NCBI GenBank assembly: GCA_031258545.1
Contig: JAIRMU010000010.1
Coordinates: 1 to 32,000, forward strand
Reading direction: 5' to 3'
Source: Puniceicoccales bacterium
Lineage (GTDB): Bacteria; Verrucomicrobiota; Verrucomicrobiia; Opitutales; UBA9783
Length of the DNA: 32,000 bases
In this document: in pieces, positions 1 to 8,547 of the stretch
Layout: every line of letters starts with the position of its first letter
Numbering within the stretch: the stretch's first letter is position 1
Notes under the pieces: generated by a model
Databases searched by the model: none
What the model was told of the DNA's origin: nothing
Seen by the model: the letters and a program-made list of their open reading frames with translations, nothing else
Made by a program: the position numbers and the translations under genes

Positions 1-110
1 GGTCTTGAGGTCTTGAGGTCTTGAGGTCTTGAGGTCTTGAGGTCTTGAGGTCTTGAGGTCTTGAGGTCTTGAGGTCTTGAGGTCTTGAGGTCTTGAGGTC
101 TTGAGGTCTT
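1..110 (-). repeat. Perfect 8-bp microsatellite: (GGTCTTGA)n on + strand, (TCAAGACC)n on - strand; 13.75 units, cut by the left window edge
   Basis: Direct reading: the string returns to the same phase every 8 nt from 1 to 110 with no mismatch. It ends at ggtctt|cacag. It lies immediately downstream (on the - strand) of the promoter at 123-152. Confidence 0.97.
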
Positions 111-758
111 CACAGTTAAGTTATTATATCCTTCTCCACCTACCTTTGTCAAGGGTTTTTCAAGGTTTTTCGGAGGTGTTTGGAGAGAATTCGGCCCTTC
201 AATGCAAGGGCCCGAGGCATAAACAGACCTTGAAAAGTTCATTCGCCGTCAAATGCAATGCAGTAATTTGTTTTGTACAACATAATTCCCAAGGATTTTA
301 CAAGTACGTAACCGCACATACGGGGTTAATCTTTCATCGCGGTGTAGCAGGAAATATTGGGTGTTAAACCGAGAATCTGGATTTAGGTAAACGACCAACG
401 TATTCCTAAATTTCACCCTCATTTGGTCCCACAAATAACTTGCAAAAATAAAAACTTTAAACCGAAATAAAGCAATCATGCACAACGCTTTACCCAAAGT
501 ACTTTTATTTGGATGCACCAACGTTGGCAAAAGTACTTTGTTCAATCGTTTAAGTCAAAGTCGCATGGCGATTGTGCACGATCAACCCGGTGTAACGCGT
601 GATTTCTTGTCGGCAACCGTGGATGAAAAATTTCAACTTGTGGACAGTGGAGGCATAGGCAGTCCTAACGACTTATTTGCAAATTTGGTTGAAGACCGTG
701 TCAGAGGCATTTTGGAGAAAGCAGAGGTTGTCATTTGGGTTTTGGATGGAAAATGTGG
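111..758. repeat. Left arm of a large inverted duplication: pilin-module promoter, intergenic region, der promoter and der codons 1-93
   Basis: Its reverse complement matches 8594-9540. The der N-terminus is duplicated with 7 of 93 residues different, and the overlapping 98-aa shadow ORFs differ at 9 of 98 residues. Homology ends after AAATGTGG (751-758). Confidence 0.9.
123..152 (-). promoter_or_regulatory. Near-consensus sigma70 promoter firing leftward into the microsatellite (module copy 1)
   Basis: On the - strand: TTGACA (152..147), 18-nt spacer, TATAAT (128..123), then AACTTAACTGTGAAGACC. Preceded by an A-rich stretch (GAAAAACCC). The same module recurs at 9499-9540 and 10793-10840. 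Confidence 0.7.
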
Positions 759-1860
759 ATTGGCCGCCAGAGATTATGAAATTTCTCACACGTTGCGTAG
801 GCTAAATAAACCGATCATTTTGGCAGTTAACAAAATAGATAACGAACGAGATGAGTCCAGTTGGGTTGAATTTTACCATCTGGGTTGGGAAATTGTCATT
901 CCCATTGCCGCCGAGCATGCGATTAATATTACCATTTTAAAAGAAGCCATCATGCATGCGTTACCTTCGGCCAAAGCTCTTGAGAGTACCGTTGATTTTA
1001 GTGCAAAATTTGCCGTTATAGGTCGACCTAACGTGGGAAAGTCTTCCTTGGTTAACGCTTTGCTAAAAGAAGATCGCATGCTTGTGAGCGATGTTGCGGG
1101 AACAACGCGTGACGCGGTTGAATGCCCATTTTCATGGCAATTTCAAACGGGCCAGAAGGAGAATTTTGTTTTGGTGGATACGGCAGGCGTTCGAAAAAAG
1201 ATAATCGATCCCGTAGAGTATTACGCTTACGTAAGAACCGAGAAAGCATTGCAAACGGTGGACTTGTCTCTCATTTTATTAGATCTATTGGAAGGCCCCA
1301 CCGTTATTGATAAAGACCTGGTTCGCCACGTATACGCATTGGGAAAAGCGTGCATATGGGTGGTGAATAAATGGGATATCGCAAGGCAGCAATTGGACGC
1401 AAGTGGTGAAAATGTAGAAAAATTCCGAAATAAATTTTTACAGCAAATAAACAGTTTGTATCCATTTTTCAATACCCCTGTTGCATTCGTTTCAGCCAAA
1501 TCGGGAGAAGGCATAGACGCTTTACTGAGGCAAGTTGCCGCATTACACAAACGCCTTCACGCAACCGTTTCCACCGGTTTGCTGAACCGTTATTTGCAGA
1601 AAATTATCACCCAAACACCGCCTCCTTCATATAACGGAAAACATTTTAAAATTTATTATGCCGTTCAGATGAAATCGGCCCCCTTCACCCTGCGGGTGTT
1701 TTGCAATAAACTACGCTGGCTGCCCAATCATTACCAACGATTTTTAGAAAATTCCCTGCGGCGGCAATACGCATTGGATGGCTGTCCCATTGTGTGGCAA
1801 TGGGTTGAGAAGTCTCCTCATGCCCTGTTAAACGCATCACCATTGAAGCAAGTGGTTTAG
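478..1860 (+). CDS. der: Ribosome-associated GTPase Der/EngA
   Basis: 460 aa with two tandem GTPase domains (G1 GCTNVGKST and GRPNVGKSS; G3 DSGG and DTAG; G4 NKID and NKWD) plus a C-terminal KH-like region. Confidence 0.95.
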   Translation: MHNALPKVLLFGCTNVGKSTLFNRLSQSRMAIVHDQPGVTRDFLSATVDEKFQLVDSGGIGSPNDLFANLVEDRVRGILEKAEVVIWVLDGKCGLAARDYEISHTLRRLNKPIILAVNKIDNERDESSWVEFYHLGWEIVIPIAAEHAINITILKEAIMHALPSAKALESTVDFSAKFAVIGRPNVGKSSLVNALLKEDRMLVSDVAGTTRDAVECPFSWQFQTGQKENFVLVDTAGVRKKIIDPVEYYAYVRTEKALQTVDLSLILLDLLEGPTVIDKDLVRHVYALGKACIWVVNKWDIARQQLDASGENVEKFRNKFLQQINSLYPFFNTPVAFVSAKSGEGIDALLRQVAALHKRLHATVSTGLLNRYLQKIITQTPPPSYNGKHFKIYYAVQMKSAPFTLRVFCNKLRWLPNHYQRFLENSLRRQYALDGCPIVWQWVEKSPHALLNASPLKQVV

Positions 1861-1868
1861 TTGTTCGC

Positions 1869-2822
1869 ATGCCTAAAGTACGTACCGTTTTTTTATCCGC
1901 TTCCGATATTGCGGTTCCATGCTTGGAACGGTTGTTGAAGATAAATGACTGCCAACTGGTTAGTATTGTGACGCAACCTGAACGTCCCAGAGGGCGTGGA
2001 CAAAAGCATAGCCCGAATCCAATTGCAACGTGGGCACAATCGCATCGCATTGCCTGCCTGCAAACGGAGCAAATGGATGATGGCATATTTGTTGAGTTGC
2101 GGCAAATGCAAATCGACATTGCACTTGTGATGGCGTTTGGCCACATCCTTAAACAACGTTTTTTGGATCTTCCCGCGTTGGGTATGTGGAACTTTCACAC
2201 TTCACTTTTACCCAAATACCGTGGGGCGTCCCCCATTCAAACATGCCTGTTAATGGGTGAACATGAAACGGGTGTTACGCTGATGCGTATGGTGGAAAAA
2301 CTGGATGCGGGTCCCTGGATTGCGCAAAAAATTGTGGGCATCGAGACCCAAGAGACGGCCCACACGCTCACGCAAAAATTAGCCCACGCGAGCGCAGATC
2401 TGTTGGTCGAATGTTGGAGTCGTCTTATCCAAAAAAATTACTCGGTCGTCGAGCAAATTGAATCGGCTGCCACCGTAACACGTAAATTGAACAAGGCGGA
2501 TGGGTTGCTTGATTTTAATGAAACCGCTTTGTCTTTAGAACGAAAGGTTAGAGCGTTAAATCCTTGGCCAGGCACCTTCTTCCAATGGAAAAGTGAATGC
2601 ATAAAAGTTCACACCGCCCACATAATCGACGAAGAAATTGCCCGTAAGCCCGGTACGGTATTATTTGATTTTTGTCAATGTCCGCTGGGCATAGCAACTT
2701 CGAAGGGCATTTTGGCCATAGATCAATTGCAGCGTCCTGGTGGGAAAATTCTACACGCAAAGGAATTCTTAAACGGAAATAAGTCTTTACTTCAAGTTAA
2801 TCATGATAACGCTCAGTTGTAA
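1869..2822 (+). CDS. fmt: Methionyl-tRNA formyltransferase
   Basis: 317 aa. Formyltransferase core HTSLLPKYRGASPIQ and a C-terminal Fmt domain. Starts 8 nt after der. Confidence 0.9.
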   Translation: MPKVRTVFLSASDIAVPCLERLLKINDCQLVSIVTQPERPRGRGQKHSPNPIATWAQSHRIACLQTEQMDDGIFVELRQMQIDIALVMAFGHILKQRFLDLPALGMWNFHTSLLPKYRGASPIQTCLLMGEHETGVTLMRMVEKLDAGPWIAQKIVGIETQETAHTLTQKLAHASADLLVECWSRLIQKNYSVVEQIESAATVTRKLNKADGLLDFNETALSLERKVRALNPWPGTFFQWKSECIKVHTAHIIDEEIARKPGTVLFDFCQCPLGIATSKGILAIDQLQRPGGKILHAKEFLNGNKSLLQVNHDNAQL

Positions 2823-2845
2823 AAAAGTCGTAAAACAGAGGTTGT

Positions 2846-4324
2846 TTGCGTGTAAGGATTTTGTACATTGGGAATGGCATACAAATCGTACTTCGGTTTT
2901 TTAGGTTGAAGTTTTCGGATCCACGCGTATATGCTTCACGTGTGAGAGAATTTCTGCAGCTTTTCCCAGAATTACGTACGTGGACGCAAACACTCGACCT
3001 AGAGCAGACGCGCAGATTGTGTCAGTCGTTTAGAAAGATTCCTTTTCGGGAATGGCGGGCATTAAAAACTGTGTCGCAAAAAGCTTTCAAAAAAAGGTCT
3101 TCATCCGTTAAACGGTGGACACAGCCCGCATGTTTTACGTTGGAAGACAGGCAAGTGCAATCGGCTTTGTGGCAGCAAGCTGAATCCAGAGGCATGCAGC
3201 ATTTACGTCAGGGGAAAGTGGCCGCCTTAACGGTTGCAGGAGGGTTGGGTACACGCTTAGATTTCCCAGGCCCCAAAGGTTTGGTTCCCGTAACACCTCT
3301 AAAACGTAAAACGTTATTTCAGGTGTTTGCCGAAAAATTAAAAGCCATTGAAAAGCTGCACGGCATACGTATGCACTGGTTTATCATGACAAGTGCAGAT
3401 ACGCACGAAGCAACGCAGGAAGCTTTTCAATCCAATCATTGGTATGATTCAAAATATGTTCATTTATTCCAACAGGGAGCATTACCTGCATTTACGATGG
3501 ACGGAACATGCTTACTGACCCATGAACCCAGCATCCATTATTATCCGGATGGCCATGGAGGTGTTTTTAAGGCTTTAGCATCGACCGGGTATCTGGATAA
3601 AATGTTGACATATGGCATAGAAACGCTGAGCTATTTTCAAGTGGACAATCCACTTGTTTGCATTGGGAATTGCAATTTCCTTGGATTGCATCTCAATGGC
3701 ATGTCCGATTTTTCCACAAAAGTTGTTGCCAAAACAAGTGCCGACGAAAAGGTGGGTGTTTTCGTCAACCAAGGTAATGTTTTACGATTGGTGGAATACA
3801 ATGAAATACCGGAGTATTTGTCGGTAAAAAAGACGAAAGAGGGTCAACTTTATTTTAAATGGGGTAATACGGCCATGCATCTCATTCAACGTAGTTTTTT
3901 AGAGGCAATGGCAAAGAAAAATCTGCCCATTCACGTAACGCATAAACCTATGCAACATTGGCATCCTTTACTGCAAAACAATTGTTCTGCCTCTTGTCAA
4001 AAATTAGAATATTTTATATTCGATGCGCTGCCTCTTGCAAAAAATCCACTCTTACTTGAAATAGATCGAAAAGAGGAATTTAGCCCTGTCAAAAACGCTC
4101 ATGGGCAAGATAGCTTGGACACTTGTATGAGGGATCAAATAAGTCGCTGGAATCGTTGGTTTTCAAATTGTGGATTAAACGTTGACCTTGGCAACAAAGC
4201 AAGCGATAATACCCATCGTCTCGAAATAAGTCCTTTGTTTGCGGATGATTACGTAAGCTTTAAAAATATGTGGCATGCATTGGTCATTAAACCTAATTAT
4301 TTTGAAAATCTTTATTTGGAGTAA
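2846..4324 (+). CDS. UDPGP-family (UAP1/USP-like) UTP:sugar-1-phosphate uridylyltransferase; true start uncertain
   Basis: Motifs GGLGTRLDFPGPKG and YFQVDNPLV are typical of the UDP-sugar / UDP-GlcNAc pyrophosphorylase family. The track start is a TTG and the first ~90 residues are not recognisable, so the real start may be further downstream. Confidence 0.75.
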   Translation: MRVRILYIGNGIQIVLRFFRLKFSDPRVYASRVREFLQLFPELRTWTQTLDLEQTRRLCQSFRKIPFREWRALKTVSQKAFKKRSSSVKRWTQPACFTLEDRQVQSALWQQAESRGMQHLRQGKVAALTVAGGLGTRLDFPGPKGLVPVTPLKRKTLFQVFAEKLKAIEKLHGIRMHWFIMTSADTHEATQEAFQSNHWYDSKYVHLFQQGALPAFTMDGTCLLTHEPSIHYYPDGHGGVFKALASTGYLDKMLTYGIETLSYFQVDNPLVCIGNCNFLGLHLNGMSDFSTKVVAKTSADEKVGVFVNQGNVLRLVEYNEIPEYLSVKKTKEGQLYFKWGNTAMHLIQRSFLEAMAKKNLPIHVTHKPMQHWHPLLQNNCSASCQKLEYFIFDALPLAKNPLLLEIDRKEEFSPVKNAHGQDSLDTCMRDQISRWNRWFSNCGLNVDLGNKASDNTHRLEISPLFADDYVSFKNMWHALVIKPNYFENLYLE

Positions 4325-4330
4325 GTTTAC

Positions 4331-6313
4331 ATGAATGCTATCTTTGATCAATTGCAGCAAGCGGTTCGAGCCGGGGAATTGCTCGAAAGTACATTGAATA
4401 ACATCGTTTATTACTTAAACGTGCAACAATTACCCGATTGGTTTACGTCAAGTCTTGAAGAATTGGTGGAACAAGGTCGGTGGGCTGAATTGAATGACCG
4501 ATTTTTTAAGTGCATAGAATTTGGTACCGCCGGCATGCGCGGACGTACCATAGGCAACCATGCAACGGCTGCTGAAAAAAAGGGGGATAATCATTACGTA
4601 CATGCCGCCATTGGAAGTAATTGCATGAACGATTTTAATGTTATTAAAGCAACCATAGGGCTTTTCAAATATTGCCGCATTTACCTTGAAGAAACTTTGG
4701 AATTCCCTCGTAGACCTAGCCTTGTGGTGGCTCACGACATGCGTTACTTTTCGCGACATTTTTGCGAATTGACGGCGTCCACGTGGAGTCGGTTGGGTGG
4801 AGACGTTTACGTATTTGATGGGCCTCGATCAACCCCGCAACTAAGTTTTTCAATTCGCTATTTAGGTGTTACGGCAGGCATTATGATCACGGCGAGCCAC
4901 AATCCTTTCTACGATAACGGTTATAAAGTTTATCTTCAGGATGGTGCTCAAGTTTGTGATGTGCATGCCAAAGGTATTACGCGCTGCATTGAGCAAGTAA
5001 GTTTACGGGACACTTTACCCTTTTTGATGAAGGACATAGAACCAGTCTTTTGCTTGTCTCCTTTAAGCGACGAAGCTTATCTGGAATGCGTCCAAGAGGT
5101 CCTGCTGGATGTGGATGTACTCAAAGTTTATAAACCCAAAGTTGTTTATACACCGCTGCACGGTACAGGTTCTGTCAGCATATTGCCGCTCCTGAAAAAC
5201 TTTGAATGGAATGTTCACTGTGTGGATGCACAATTGAAGATGGATCCAGCATTTCCCACCATTCGGTTTCCCAATCCCGAGCACAAAGAAGCTTTAAAAA
5301 TGGCCTTAGACTTAGCGCAGGAAGTGGACGCGGATGCAGTCATTGCGACAGATCCCGATGGCGACCGCATGGGTGTTGCTTTAAAAAATGACCAAAAAGA
5401 ATGGTGTGTTTTAAGCGGCAATACTTTGGCTGTTTTATTGGTCGAGTATCGAATATTTAAAATGATTGGTTTAGGGATCCTCCCCCGTAAGCAGGAAAAA
5501 CGTCGGAATGGGGCCCTCATTAAGTCGTTTGTAACCACACCAATGCTAAAGGCGATAGGCGATTATCACGGCCTCAAAACGGTTGAAACGCTAACCGGAT
5601 TTAAGTGGATCGGTGCGAAGTTAAACGATTACGAGATAGCATTGAAGCAGCGTGTTCGAAAGATGCAAGGACTGGGGATAGACTACGATAAAACATCTTT
5701 TAAAAAACGTAAGGATCTGCTGTTACAACATTCTACGTTTTATATCTTTGGAGGCGAAGAAAGTTACGGCTATTTGGCCAATGATCGCGTTAGAGATAAG
5801 GATGCCAATGCCGCCGCTTTGATGTTTTGCGAATTTTTAGCTTACCTAAAATCTAAGGAAATGAACTTTTCGGATTATTTGGACGAAATGTATTGCAAAT
5901 ATGGGTATTTCCAAGAAGATTTGCTGAGCTTTTCATTTGAAGGTGCTGCCGGATTTTCCACCATGCAAAAGTTATTAACGTCTTACCGACAGGATGTTCC
6001 AAAAAAAATAAATAATGTTCGTGTTTTGAGCATAGCTGATTTTTCTCGCGAAGGACACCATAAAGATTGCGAAGGTAAGGTAATTGCCGTTGCCAATTTT
6101 TTGATCATTAAACTTATCGATGGCTTTAGTGTGGCCATTCGCGGCAGTGGAACAGAACCCAAGGTAAAGATATATTTGCTGGGGCAATCGGAAGTTGAAC
6201 ATGAAGATTTACTGCCTCATATTAAGCAGGATGTTGCGCAACGTTTAGGACAATTGAAAGAATTTTTACGTGAAGATGTGGCTAAGCGTATTCAGGCAAA
6301 GCAAAACGCGTAG
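4331..6313 (+). CDS. Alpha-D-phosphohexomutase (phosphoglucomutase/phosphomannomutase, PGM2/PgcA-like long form)
   Basis: Active-site serine loop TASHNP, Mg-binding DPDGDR, sugar-binding GGEESYG. 660 aa. Starts 6 nt after the preceding gene. Confidence 0.88.
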   Translation: MNAIFDQLQQAVRAGELLESTLNNIVYYLNVQQLPDWFTSSLEELVEQGRWAELNDRFFKCIEFGTAGMRGRTIGNHATAAEKKGDNHYVHAAIGSNCMNDFNVIKATIGLFKYCRIYLEETLEFPRRPSLVVAHDMRYFSRHFCELTASTWSRLGGDVYVFDGPRSTPQLSFSIRYLGVTAGIMITASHNPFYDNGYKVYLQDGAQVCDVHAKGITRCIEQVSLRDTLPFLMKDIEPVFCLSPLSDEAYLECVQEVLLDVDVLKVYKPKVVYTPLHGTGSVSILPLLKNFEWNVHCVDAQLKMDPAFPTIRFPNPEHKEALKMALDLAQEVDADAVIATDPDGDRMGVALKNDQKEWCVLSGNTLAVLLVEYRIFKMIGLGILPRKQEKRRNGALIKSFVTTPMLKAIGDYHGLKTVETLTGFKWIGAKLNDYEIALKQRVRKMQGLGIDYDKTSFKKRKDLLLQHSTFYIFGGEESYGYLANDRVRDKDANAAALMFCEFLAYLKSKEMNFSDYLDEMYCKYGYFQEDLLSFSFEGAAGFSTMQKLLTSYRQDVPKKINNVRVLSIADFSREGHHKDCEGKVIAVANFLIIKLIDGFSVAIRGSGTEPKVKIYLLGQSEVEHEDLLPHIKQDVAQRLGQLKEFLREDVAKRIQAKQNA

Positions 6314-6616
6314 TATAATCTGGGCCGATAGAGGCTTTAGGAATGCCTTTGTGCAAGGTTGAGTTATTGGGATGAATTGACCCAATATGTCTTCGGTTAA
6401 ATAAAAATTCCCATAGGGGTAGTGTATCGGTTAATTCCTTTTGCACCCACCGTTAAGGTTTTTTCGAAATGGATTCATGTGTATTGTCTGTACGCAATGG
6501 AAAAAATATGTCGGACATTTGTGGTATTTTAAAACGCATGAGACGTCCTGTACAATCGTGAGCAGTTTAGTATTGACGTTTGGAATGTTATATAGCTTAG
6601 TTTGTTTACAGTACTG

Positions 6617-6692
6617 GCCGAGATAGCTCAGTAGGTAGAGCAACGCATTCGTAATGCGTGGGTCGTGAGTTCGAATCTCACTCTCGGCTCCA
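6617..6692 (+). tRNA. tRNA-Thr (anticodon CGU) with encoded CCA
   Basis: Hand-folded cloverleaf: acceptor GCCGAGA/TCTCGGC, D stem GCTC/GAGC, anticodon stem ACGCA/TGCGT with loop TTCGTAA, T stem GTGAG/CTCAC with loop TTCGAAT, discriminator T, CCA. Confidence 0.96.
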
Positions 6693-6716
6693 GTGGTTAT
6701 CACAAGTGGGGTTTTT

Positions 6717-6872
6717 ATGTCACAACATGCAAGTTTTCGTCAGGGACGTTCTGCTTTGACAAGCAATAAGACGGTGTTAAAACGTTTTGAAAGGGTTGAA
6801 TTACTCAAAAAACGTGGTCAATGGAAAGAAGGACAAAGCGTATTAGGTTTGCGCAAAACAAAACCAGAGTAA
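6717..6872 (+). CDS. Small basic protein, 51 aa (below the ORF-track cutoff)
   Basis: ATG...TAA gives MSQHASFRQGRSALTSNKTVLKRFERVELLKKRGQWKEGQSVLGLRKTKPE. From memory it resembles the ~50-aa 'small basic protein' family (core VL.R.ER.E.L...G.W....S..GL.K) of Planctomycetes/Verrucomicrobia-type genomes. It fills the tRNA-efp gap. Confidence 0.6.
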   Translation: MSQHASFRQGRSALTSNKTVLKRFERVELLKKRGQWKEGQSVLGLRKTKPE

Positions 6873-6896
6873 TGGCACTAACGTACTTTTTATCTT

Positions 6897-7454
6897 ATGG
6901 CATCTGCAACGGATATTCGTAAAGGACAGGTTCTACTGTATCAGAATGTGCCCCATTGGGTGGTAGATATGCAACATCGTACGCAGGGGCGTCAATCGGG
7001 GTTTGTGCAGGTTACTTTGCGCAACTTGCATACGGGTTCATCGACAAAAACTAAATTTGGATCCAACGATAATATTACCTTATGTTTTACGGAATCCAAA
7101 GACTTGGAATACGCCTATGCGGATGATGTTGGGTATCACTTTTTGAATCCCAATACCTTTGAAGATGAAATCATTCCAAGTTCTCTGTTGGAAGATCAAA
7201 AGTTGTACTTAATTTCAGGTATCGTTTATGCGGTGATGTTTGTGGAGGCAAAACCCGTTCAATTGCAATTGCCGACTGCACTTTCCATGAAGGTCATTGA
7301 AGCATCGGAAGGGTTACGCGGAGATACGGCGAGTAATGCCCAGAAACCTGTTGTTACCGAAAGTGGACTGACCGTGCAGGTCCCTTTATTTATCAAACGC
7401 GGAGAAGTCATTCGCGTCAGTACAAGTGATGGTTCCTATTTGGGGAGAGCCTAA
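6897..7454 (+). CDS. efp: Translation elongation factor P, with Arg at the loop-tip modification position
   Basis: 185 aa. Aligns without gaps to canonical EF-P (VVD.QH....G.....FV...LRNL.TG ... TSDGSY..RA). Residue 32 is R (cgt 6990-6992) where Lys-type EF-Ps have K. Confidence 0.95.
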   Translation: MASATDIRKGQVLLYQNVPHWVVDMQHRTQGRQSGFVQVTLRNLHTGSSTKTKFGSNDNITLCFTESKDLEYAYADDVGYHFLNPNTFEDEIIPSSLLEDQKLYLISGIVYAVMFVEAKPVQLQLPTALSMKVIEASEGLRGDTASNAQKPVVTESGLTVQVPLFIKRGEVIRVSTSDGSYLGRA

Positions 7455-7457
7455 TTT

Positions 7458-8396
7458 ATGGCCAAAAAACCTTCGGAGGATGCGGTAAATAAACCTAAGG
7501 TTATTTATACAATTACTCTGGAAGAAAGCCAGATCCAAGCTCTCGAAACCTGGTGTGACCATCGTGCATGGGAATTTTACCATGTGGATTACGCTCGTTT
7601 TGCCTTTCGGGGTGACGGCGTCAACGTGGTTGCCTATCAAAGTGGCAAGGTCGTAATTCAGGGAAAAAAGACGGAAAGTTTTGTGACTTATGTTTTGGAA
7701 TCTGAAATTACTCGGAAGCCGCAATGGGGTTTGGAAAGGGTCCATCATCCGGAATGGTTTGTACCACATGCGGGCATGGATGAAAGTGGTAAGGGTGATT
7801 TTTTTGGTCCCTTGGTTACGGCTTGTGTCATTGCCGATGGTCCCATGGTGGACGCTTGGATACAATCGGGACTCAGGGAAAGCAAAAGACTTGGCAATGA
7901 TTTAACCGTTTTTAAAATGGAACAGTTGGTGCGCCGGACGCAGGGCGTTGTGATTGAAATTGCTTTTGCCGGCATGGAAAAATATAACTCGTTATACGGG
8001 CAGTTTGGCAATTTAAACGAATTATTGGCTTGGTTGCACGCAAAATCATTGGACAATGCGTTGAAAAAACATTGGGTACCGGAAGGCTTGCTGGATCAGT
8101 TTGCCAAAGGTAAACTGGTTCAAAAATATTTGGAAAATACCCAATTCAATCTGAAACAACGCGTACGCGCCGAAGAAGATCCCGTCGTGGCCGCGGCCTC
8201 GGTTGTTGCGAGGGCAGAATACCTGAGACAATTAAAAAAATTAAGCGATGAAGCGGGGATGCCTTTACCAAAAGGCGCAGGTGCCCGTGTGCAAGAAATT
8301 GCACATACTTTGGTTAAAAATCTTGGACGGGAACGATTGGGTTGTTTTGCCAAACTGCACTTTAAGACGACCGACAAAATTGTAAACGACAGCTGA
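7458..8396 (+). CDS. rnhC: Ribonuclease HIII
   Basis: 312 aa. N-terminal RNase HIII-type extension, then an RNase HII/HIII catalytic core with GMDESGKGDFFGPLV. Starts 3 nt after efp. Confidence 0.85.
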   Translation: MAKKPSEDAVNKPKVIYTITLEESQIQALETWCDHRAWEFYHVDYARFAFRGDGVNVVAYQSGKVVIQGKKTESFVTYVLESEITRKPQWGLERVHHPEWFVPHAGMDESGKGDFFGPLVTACVIADGPMVDAWIQSGLRESKRLGNDLTVFKMEQLVRRTQGVVIEIAFAGMEKYNSLYGQFGNLNELLAWLHAKSLDNALKKHWVPEGLLDQFAKGKLVQKYLENTQFNLKQRVRAEEDPVVAAASVVARAEYLRQLKKLSDEAGMPLPKGAGARVQEIAHTLVKNLGRERLGCFAKLHFKTTDKIVNDS

Positions 8397-8547
8397 GTAG
8401 AACGCTATGTCTAGAAAAATGAAGGATTGCGCGAAGTAGTCGTTGCGACTTTGGGCAATAATTAAATCCTTATCTCAAGTAGCGTTGATTTTAGAAAGTA
8501 AAATAAATCTCCATAATTTTTTTGCCACGAGGTCAAATTGATCTCAT

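Noticed and set aside
1-110. Possible CRISPR array or telomere-like repeat at the window edge.
   Set aside because: The units are 8 bp and contiguous, with no spacers, and no cas genes are present. It is a simple-sequence microsatellite.
193-212. GC-rich palindrome GGCCCTT-caatgc-AAGGGCC, 40-60 nt upstream of the copy-1 -35 box; possible operator or terminator.
   Set aside because: Degenerate in the right-arm copy (CCCCTTGGCCATTGCATCGG), no adjacent T-run, and a single occurrence. Insufficient support.
249-545. 98-aa ORF on the - strand with a near-identical twin at 8807-9103 (+). The conservation looks like evidence of a real gene.
   Set aside because: Both lie antisense across the der start and its upstream region, inside the inverted duplication. 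The conservation is explained by the duplication itself. No motifs and no ribosome-binding context. Treated as shadow ORFs.
6431-6703. 90-aa - strand ORF and 61-aa + strand ORF around 6431-6703.
   Set aside because: They overlap the tRNA-Thr gene and its upstream region. The tRNA fold is unambiguous.
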